The translations under genes were made by a program, and so were the position numbers. Shown one piece after another: positions 56,351-64,000 of a stretch of DNA of 64,000 bases; position 1 is the first letter of the stretch; each line of letters begins with the position of its first letter. The notes beneath the pieces are model-generated. The model did not search any database. It was not told where the DNA came from and was given only the letters and a program-made list of their open reading frames with translations. The DNA comes from Massalongia carnosa. Its lineage: Eukaryota. The stretch spans positions 62,001-126,000 of the forward strand of contig OZ287068.1 in the NCBI GenBank assembly GCA_965645245.1, written 5' to 3'.

Positions 56351-57770
56351 ACGTGGGTGTCAAAAGTTTTTACCTAATGGGGGTCAGGGCCCCTCACCAA
56401 AATTTTCAAGGCACCTCACCAAAATCATCAGAATTTACCATAGATCGGATTTTATTGCTTTGCTCTCCGTCGCTATTAATCTCTTACATCGATCAGGCAT
56501 CTCCTTAATTCGGGCCCGAATTTCATCTATAGATATTTTGTCCCATTCATCTAGAATCACCCGTTTTAACTCTCTCACATTGTTGCACCGTCGCCGTCTA
56601 ACTCGCTGTTTCAGAATATTCCATACCCCTTCCGTTGGATTGAGATCAGGGGATTGCGGAGGATGATTCAATGTTTCAATCCAGCTAGCTGCCTTGAATC
56701 TACGTACGATATTGTCTGTAGATCGTGTGCCGTGACTAGGATCGTTATCTTCTTGAAAGATGCAAAATCGATCATGAAAAACACGACATTCATGAATTTC
56801 AGTCATATAGCCGGGAAGCAGACGCTCCGTATAATAAGCTTGAGTCATGCTATTGCCTTTTGATTTAATCTCTAAATCGTGAGGTAGAGATGCCTCCCAT
56901 TCAGCTATTCGCTGACGATGATCATGCTCCGTTTCATACTTCGACTTGCGTGGTTTTCTGGGCTTGTGAACCTGAATTTCAGGCGCGTCGTGCTCGTCAT
57001 TGTAAATCGTCAGCGGCCCTTTATGATGCCACGAAATAGAAGCGGCCAAAATGCAGTTTTACTCCCTTCATGTCCGGCACCTTTTGCATGTTTTCTGACT
57101 CGTATCTAGTGCCTTACTCTCGAAGAACTCGCTCTTGGTACGTTTGATTCGGGTCGAAATGAGCCTCATCCGTGAAATGAACGTACGGCCAGAAATTCTC
57201 AATAGTATGATTTTCATGCTCTTTCCCGTATAGAACTCGTAGTCGCTCGTTTTTCTGACTGAGCGTTTTCACCTTCGCTTTTTTAAATCGAGCGGCACGA
57301 GGTTTACGAGCACTGAATGCTCTTTGCAGTGTACGTCGCGTTGCATCTATATGAAAGTGCTCTAATTGTACGGTGTACGGCTGATCGCGAACGCTATTTG
57401 TATGTGGATTCAGCATCTGATTTATCAACTGAGTGCTCACTTTTTTAGGTCGACCGCTACGAGAACGTCGTCGATAGGCGACGTCTTCAAGACGCTGGCG
57501 TTGCTTCAGCCAATATTTTCCTCGATCGAGCTTGATGCTCTCCTGCTCGCAGACATCTTTGATGGTGACATTTTCCGGCCGATGATCAATAGCATGAAAA
57601 AAGCGGGTTTTTCTGATAGTATCAGCATCAGGGGATTTTTTGGCCTGTGGTGGTGGAGTAGATGGTGCCATGGTTGATTGGAGGAGGAAATCTAAAAAAA
57701 ATTTCATCCACATGGGGGATTTTCGCTTAAAAATCCTACCTCATTAGGTAAAAACTTTTGACACCCACTG
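56351..57770 (-). mobile_element. Tc1/impala-like DNA transposon
   Basis: ~30-bp TIRs GTGGGTGTCAAAAGTTTTTACCTAATG at ~56353-56380 and ~57741-57768. Termini and TA TSD are degraded. Confidence 0.88.
56435..57671 (-). pseudogene. Tc1-like transposase (DD38E spacing) with a stop at 57114 and a frameshift at ~57050
   Basis: RSGRPKK, VHFTDEAHF, FQEDND...HPPQSPDLNPTE. Confidence 0.88.
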
Positions 57771-58302
57771 TGAACAGTCTTTTAAACAGCCTCTTAGACA
57801 GCCCCCCAAACAGCCCTCCAAACAACCTAGAAAACGGGCATCTACTACTGAGTTGCCTAGGAACTCAGCACCTCCATCCAAACAAAGACTTAGAATCAAT
57901 CCTCCTAGATCATCATCACCAGTTTTAAACACTTTGAACCCGACTATAGAACCTTCCTCTTCTGCCCGTATTACTGATCTTCTATCACGTCCACCTTCAC
58001 CATCCCCTCCAGCTTTGAAATCATCATGCTAGTTTTCATTATTCGAGCTCATGAACTAGTATTTAATGAGCTCTTTAATGATGAATGATAAATTCTCCAT
58101 AGCAACTCTTCATCTTATACATCAGGGTCATACATATTGTCATTTATACATAGCCATATAGTCATAATCATATACTTATTTCAACAATTTTAGTTTGAAT
58201 AGAATTTGACCGCTTATAAATACGCTCTCTATGCTTAGATAAAACAGCAGTGTTCAATTATTATAGTTTATCAATAGCTCGTACAGAGTTTTCTATCATT
58301 AT

Positions 58303-59623
58303 TGTAATACGGATGGCGCTAGAGGGATACGTGATCGCCTACGGCGGTTGCGGGATTAACTAGCATGAGCCAAGCCGTAGTACTTAGTCGCATAGCCGTC
58401 GAGGTTGACACGACGCCACCTTGCCACACAACTCCGAATTAGTTGTTACTACGTTCTAGACTGCTTACAGATCAAACACCTGCCGAGGCCGTGGTGGTAG
58501 ATTGCCATAGAGTAAGGCGAACTCCTGTGGACACTAGCCGTGAACTCTATATGGAATCTACTGGCCTACTCGGAGCTACTCGATCTCTTGATGGATCAAG
58601 AGTTGTAGCAGGAGGCATGGCTAGCTGGACGCAGCTTGAGCTCGGCCTCCCCGATGTAAACTTCAGCTTCAATCTTTATTGCTACGTTGGTAGTGATGTC
58701 GGCTGAATGAACCTACATGACCTTGTGGTCTAGACCTTGTGTCTAGAGGCAGGTCCGCAGTGTAGATAGAGATTCAGTCGGAGGTAACCTTCCATCGCTA
58801 CGTTGGTAGTGGTGACGGCGAAATGAAGCTACATAGCCTCGGCGTCTAGACTTTATGTTTAGAGGCAGGCTAGCAATGTAGCGAGGGATCTAGCCGGAGG
58901 TAGAAGTGTTCTACCTTGCAAGGGAAGATCTAGAAGGCTGCTCGAGGCTGACTAGATGATCCAGCGAACGTCGAGTTCGTAGATGGATCCTGAGGGATTG
59001 TTGGATGTAAGGCGATAAGGTCAGAAGTGGGTTGCAAGGCTCCTAAGATTCCAAGGCTCACAAGGCTATAGGCTTGGGATAAATACCAGAACGAATCCTG
59101 TAGTATTCGTTAGCAATTAGTCTTTATTCTATGAACAACCTACGTTTGGGTCTCGGACGAGATCTCTTGGTCTAAGCACTTCCACATCCATTAGTTCTTT
59201 GGATCACGTATACTCTCGGAGACTAGCACGTAGACTAGCACGTAGTAGCTATCTTCCACCTCTCACGCTGAGCATTTCCCCTTTCGAGATCAGTGTCGCT
59301 CGTGATTAGCTTACAGGTCTCGTAGCCCATTACAGTTATCAAGACTCTATTCGTATTGTGTCGAAAGATAGCCTTTCGAAATCTTACACAATCTGTAACG
59401 GTTCGACCATGCGTGGTGCGGACGGCAGGACCTACAGCGAACATAGGAGGAGTCCCACTTATAGTAGAATTGAGCTTGGTCTGCGGACTAAGTATTGTGC
59501 CTTTTGGTCGGGAAGGACAGGTGGCGCAATGGTAGAAATCTATTCACTATCTCGCTTCGTCACACAATCAAAACGAAATTCATGAGCGTGTGATAAATAT
59601 ACGACTTCAACAAAGTAACGACA
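58303..59623. mobile_element. Degenerate GC-richer TG...CA block, possibly a long solo LTR or non-autonomous element
   Basis: Sharp composition change against AT-rich flanks. TTAT on both sides. ~116-bp internal imperfect duplication (58681, 58797). No long ORF. Confidence 0.45.
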
Positions 59624-59959
59624 TTATAACAAGCTGTCAAAACTTTATTGTAATTTCATGAAAACGATATTTCAAAGAAGATTCAAGATATTATTTATTA
59701 TTAGCCTCATTCGCAATTGATTCATCGATGAAAATTCTAATTCTGTTACAAGAATCTAGATCGCTTCTATCACGTTTATTTGTATCGAAAGTAAAAGAGT
59801 ATTAGCGTATGCAAAATGATTTGCAATTTCGCTTATGAAAACACATACCACCAACATGACCCCACCATTCAAACTCCAAAATCTTAATTTTCCTAGATAT
59901 TCCCTACACCAAAATCCTAACATATTTTTATAATTTGGTAGACATCTATAGAAATTATT

Positions 59960-61849
59960 ATGCCTCCAAATAGACGGAGTAAAAACGGACCAGTTAACCA
60001 AGTTTTGCTGCCGGCACCGACTCGGGGGGGTCGTCGCCGCCAAGTTCCTGCTCGCCTACGAAGCTCGCCCACCCCTCTTGGTCCTAACCCTCAAACCCCG
60101 CTCCAGGGTGCACGCCGTCCCCATGAGAGCCCTCCTAATCCTCCTAACCCTCCTTCTTCTCCTCCTGTCGGCGCCCGTCTTCCAGCCCCTCCACTGTTTC
60201 CTCCCTTAGATGCTCGACCTCGACCCCCCCCCGGTTCCACGCCGCCCGAGTGCGCGTGACGACCATACACCGGTATTCACCATGAAAACGCCCAAGATTC
60301 CCGGCAATACTCGCGAGGGGAAGGCGGAGCGTATGTTATGGCGTGCACATTTGGAGAGAAGCAAGGAGGCCGCCGCGCGAGCAAGAGCGAGACGAGATAG
60401 GGAGGATGAAGAATGGGAAGCGGAGGTCAATCAATTCGGGGAACCGGAAGCCCGACGACGACGACTGGAAGAAATAGAGGTTAATAAAGAATTAGACAAA
60501 TTGACTACATCGAACTTTGAGGAAGATGAGGCTGAAGATCTAGTATCAGATCCTATGTTGACCGTTCATGCTAGACTTCGTGTCAATGGTAGAGTTATAT
60601 GGACCTCATCGCTAGGTTCTAAAAAACGAAGCGTTTCAGCATATGGGATTTCGAACAGACATTGGAGACTGAGATTGAGAAAAGGAACGGGCATACTAAA
60701 GGATAGACGACGACCTCCATCGTCGTCATTATTAAGGCCATTCATAGTCGGGCCAGGAATGTCCATCAAACCATTGATAATTATACTGAGACTGAATGGG
60801 AAAAGGCTCTAATTGTCATTGATGATGAATCTCGTAAATGGAAGCCAGATATCACTATTAAGATCGAAATTTCGATGGAAGAACCGAAGCAATCAAATCC
60901 CCCTGACATATTACTAGATGCAACTGAATCATCTACTATTATTACTACACCTACCTGCCGAAGGACTAGAACTCATCAATTATTAGAACGTCAACGAGAT
61001 CAAGGTGAGATCCTTATTAATGCAGGTGATTTTGATAGACAATTGGTGAATCGATGGGTTTGTCACGATGCTCGATGTACGAATCAAAATAACTTCTGTT
61101 TCGTTGATGAAGATGGGCTTCATTATGATCTTTCTCATACATTGCAAAGAGATTGGGCTAAGGCTCTCGCTCGCGGCGACATCAGTGCTTCCCTAGATAA
61201 TCCAACACCAACATTGTATAGGTTCATACTACGACAGGGGCCGGTGGGTCTCAACTCTAGGAAGACGAGAATACAGGAAGGACGGGAGGATTCCAGAAAA
61301 GATCGCAATGAGACGAAAAGCTTCATGGGTAAAATGATGCAATTCACAAAGCAATCGATGGAAATGCGTATGCCGGAATCGATGATGGACCAAATGGAAA
61401 GAATGGGTGAAAGAATGAGTAATGTTCGTCGCCCCCCTCCCCCTCCTGTTTATTCTCAACCATCATCTTCTTCGGTCCCCGAACCCATCATCCCCCCACC
61501 CCCTGCGGCACCGAGGCCTCGCTCGAAACCGTTGACTAGGTCAAGCCCCATATGCAACCCCGAGGATGAGGAGTTTGCTATGGAGGATTTCCTCAATTGG
61601 AAAGGGGAGGCATTGCAGAGTCAAAGAGCCAAGGATAGATGGAATGGGGTTAAGGAGATTGTTCAAAACGAGATGTGGTCTTTGGAGGATTTGAGAGATA
61701 TGTCAGAAACGAGCTCACATATATATAAACGGGCTATTCAACTGGGCATACCTGATGGATGGGCACGAGCATTCAGAACTGATCTCCGTACATTCAAACC
61801 GCAATGGCGACATGGAGTTGATGAGGGGATGTGCCATAGGAAGAGGTAG
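59960..61849 (+). CDS. Uncharacterised protein B (homolog of protein A), frameshifts at ~60228 and ~60645
   Basis: Pro-rich start, acidic tract, CHDARCTNQNNFCF...HYDLS...WAKAL, SSP...MEDFLNW, LEDL...QLGIPDGWARAFRTDL. Confidence 0.7.
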
Positions 61850-62125
61850 GAATAATTGGCTATATAGGTAGGGTTGGAAGGGTTGGAAGGATTATGCGTT
61901 TATGGATATTCGGGGTTAATCGATATCTTTTTTCATACTTATAATATGATGGAAACATTTGCATACATCAACACTCGTAATTCTAACAGCCGAATGGCAT
62001 CACACTATGCAAAAACACCTGTTTTTGGTGAGGTTTTACTAATTAGTTTACATGTAAATGAAGTCTTTTTTCTCGATTCTGTAATCATGTAATCAATATT
62101 TATAAACATTATAAATGATCAATAG

Positions 62126-63470
62126 TGGGGGTGTACATAGACACGAGGCTCAATTGGTCGGCGCACTACAAAGAGATACAGAAGAAAATGACGAGACAAA
62201 CGAGAGCGCTGACTAGAATCGCCGCAGCCACTTGGGGTGCGACCCTCCTACAAGCCCGTCACGTGTACACGGCGGTGGTACGCCCGGCAATGACCCATGG
62301 TTCTCTGGTATGGCACACGCCGGAGGAAACACAAAAGCACGTCAAAGTCACGAGGAAAAGCAAACTCGAGATCGTACAAAACAAATGTTTACGAGTAGTA
62401 GCCGGAGCGTACAGGGCCACACCCATCGAGGTGTTACAGGCGGAAACATTCATCTGTCCATTGACGCAACATTTGGATCATCTGCAGGCCAAAGGTAGAT
62501 CGAGGCTACAACACAACGGTCAGGCAAAAGTCATAGAACAGGCATGCGAGAAAATCAGAACGAGATTGAAAGGGAAAAGAGGGCGACAACGGATTATTGG
62601 AGAAACACCGGGAGCTCGTAGACAGAGATGGGTGGCCAAGCTGACAGCTGAAGTATCAACAAAGAGAAAGCCCAAACGCACACCACCATGGGAAAAAGCG
62701 GAGAATGCACAAGAGGAAAAACGAGCAGAATATGCCGCACTTCAAAGAGAAAGAGACGGAATCATAGCGAAACGATTTAAAGAAAAATGGAAGGACAAAT
62801 GGATAGCGTATCAATCAATACATACGCTTGATCCAACAATAGCACAGTCGGGTCCATTGCACAAAAACAGGTTGAACACGCACAAGCTGCTGAATAAGGC
62901 GCAAAGCTCCCTCGCAATTCAAATTAGAACAGAGAAAATCGGGTTAGCGAGTTTTCTATTCAAACGCAAGGTGCCAGACATTGAGTCCGCGGCCTGCCTG
63001 TGCGGAAGCCGCTTTCAAACGGCGAAACATGTGATAATGTTCTGCGGATTGCATAATAGAATCGATATGTTGCGTGCAGCTGGCTCGCTGGATTATCAAA
63101 AACTGATAACAGACCCCAAAGCGATCAAAATAATCACTGCATGGCTTATGCGTACGGGCATACTAACACAGTACACCATTGCCGCGCAAATGACGGAGCA
63201 ATAATGAGAGGAGAATTGGTTTTTTCTTCTACTTATTTTCTTTTCTTCTCTTTTATTCTTGCACTTACTCAGGCGCATAACGGGTATAGCGGGTTTCCCA
63301 AACCGTAGAGATCAACCCGGGGAAAGAGCGAGTCCTCTACAAACCTGGTACGCAGGAGCAGTTTTTTACCCGTTCGGGTTTTCTGCCTTTATATAGCCTA
63401 TGTAGTATCTCCCGCATGGGCCAGCTTCAGCTGGTGTCATATCGGCGTAAGAAAAATCAATCAATCAATC
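62126..63470 (+). mobile_element. 5'-truncated Tad1-like LINE (RT C-terminus, CCHC; no RNase H)
   Basis: GVYIDTRLNW, YTAVVRPAMTHG, GAYRATP, QIRTEKIGL, CLCG...HVIMFC (ORF ends at 63204). (AATC)n tail. 13-bp TSD AAATGATCAATAG at 62113-62125 and 63471-63483. Confidence 0.95.
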
Positions 63471-63640
63471 AAATGATCAATAGATCTTCTCAATATGCTC
63501 AGTTCGATTGTATCATAGAGTAGATTCAGGAGTGATTAATTTAATCAAAGATTTCCGAATTCAGGGGTTCTAGCCTAGATGTAGGTCAGATGTAAAATCC
63601 AGCCCAAAATCTGGTCCAGATCTGGTCCAGATTGAATAAT

Positions 63641-64000
63641 TCAATCAAAATCTATTTGCACCTCACCCCCATATAGCTCCCTTTCCAATTCAATGATGTC
63701 GGCCTCGAATATATACCCCCCACCCTCACCACTATGACTAAAGTGCTCTTTAGCGAAACGGTCACAATGGCTCCTGTCGATGGCAAATCGAATTAAATCG
63801 CTGAAGGTGCCCTCAAATTCAGAGGGAATTGAGGTATAATGGGTTCTAAACCAAGCCTTTAATACACTAAAACTCAACTCGATTGGATTGAAATCCGGTG
63901 AATAGGGGGGCAGATATCGTACTTCGCAACCGTGTCCACGAATGGCCTCCTCAATGCGTGGGTTGCAATGGATAGCGGCATTATCCATGACTATAACGCT
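63641..64000 (-). CDS. DD34E Tc1/IS630-family (DDE_3) transposase, C-terminal part (continues beyond the window)
   Basis: SVIVMDNAAIH...YLPPYSPDFNPIELSFSVLKAW; homologous to 47560-48033. Confidence 0.9.
   Translation of the reverse strand, partial: SVIVMDNAAIHCNPRIEEAIRGHGCEVRYLPPYSPDFNPIELSFSVLKAWFRTHYTSIPSEFEGTFSDLIRFAIDRSHCDRFAKEHFSHSGEGGGYIFEADIIELERELYGGEVQIDFD

Noticed and set aside
57771..58032. Pro/Ser-rich open stretch interrupted by the Tc1 element (begins MPREP at 56337)
   Set aside because: It is short and low-complexity with no family motif.

Overview
This is eukaryotic DNA, almost certainly from a filamentous ascomycete (short GT-AG introns with CTRAC branch points, fungal TE families). 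It holds one host-type gene and about 57 kb of nested transposons. The host gene is a fungal NLR-like gene on the minus strand (NACHT_N-type N-terminus, NACHT, nine near-identical 99-bp ankyrin repeats, two compensating frameshifts). The transposons are: two Copia elements plus a solo LTR; two Gypsy elements; a Pogo/Fot1 element carrying a Copia and a hAT, the hAT itself carrying a 75-bp MITE and a chromovirus; three Tad1-like LINE copies or fragments; three Tc1/IS630-type transposases; and four copies (two families) of Ngaro-type tyrosine-recombinase (YR) retrotransposons. Three observations stand out. (1) Both Ngaro families appear to share an expression scheme readable from the sequence: gag-pol by UGA-CUA(G) readthrough, and an ATG-less YR ORF fused to the N-terminal half of gag by a phase-matched ~2.3-kb intron. 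(2) The complete Ngaro inserted without a TSD at the ORF1/ORF2 junction of a LINE, and its 39-bp A2-B2 spacer resembles that target. (3) Two divergent DD34E Tc1/IS630-like transposases each lie tail-to-tail with a homologous uncharacterised gene (Cys/His motif plus SAM-like tail), suggesting a two-gene transposon family. All family calls come from motif recognition; no database searches were run.
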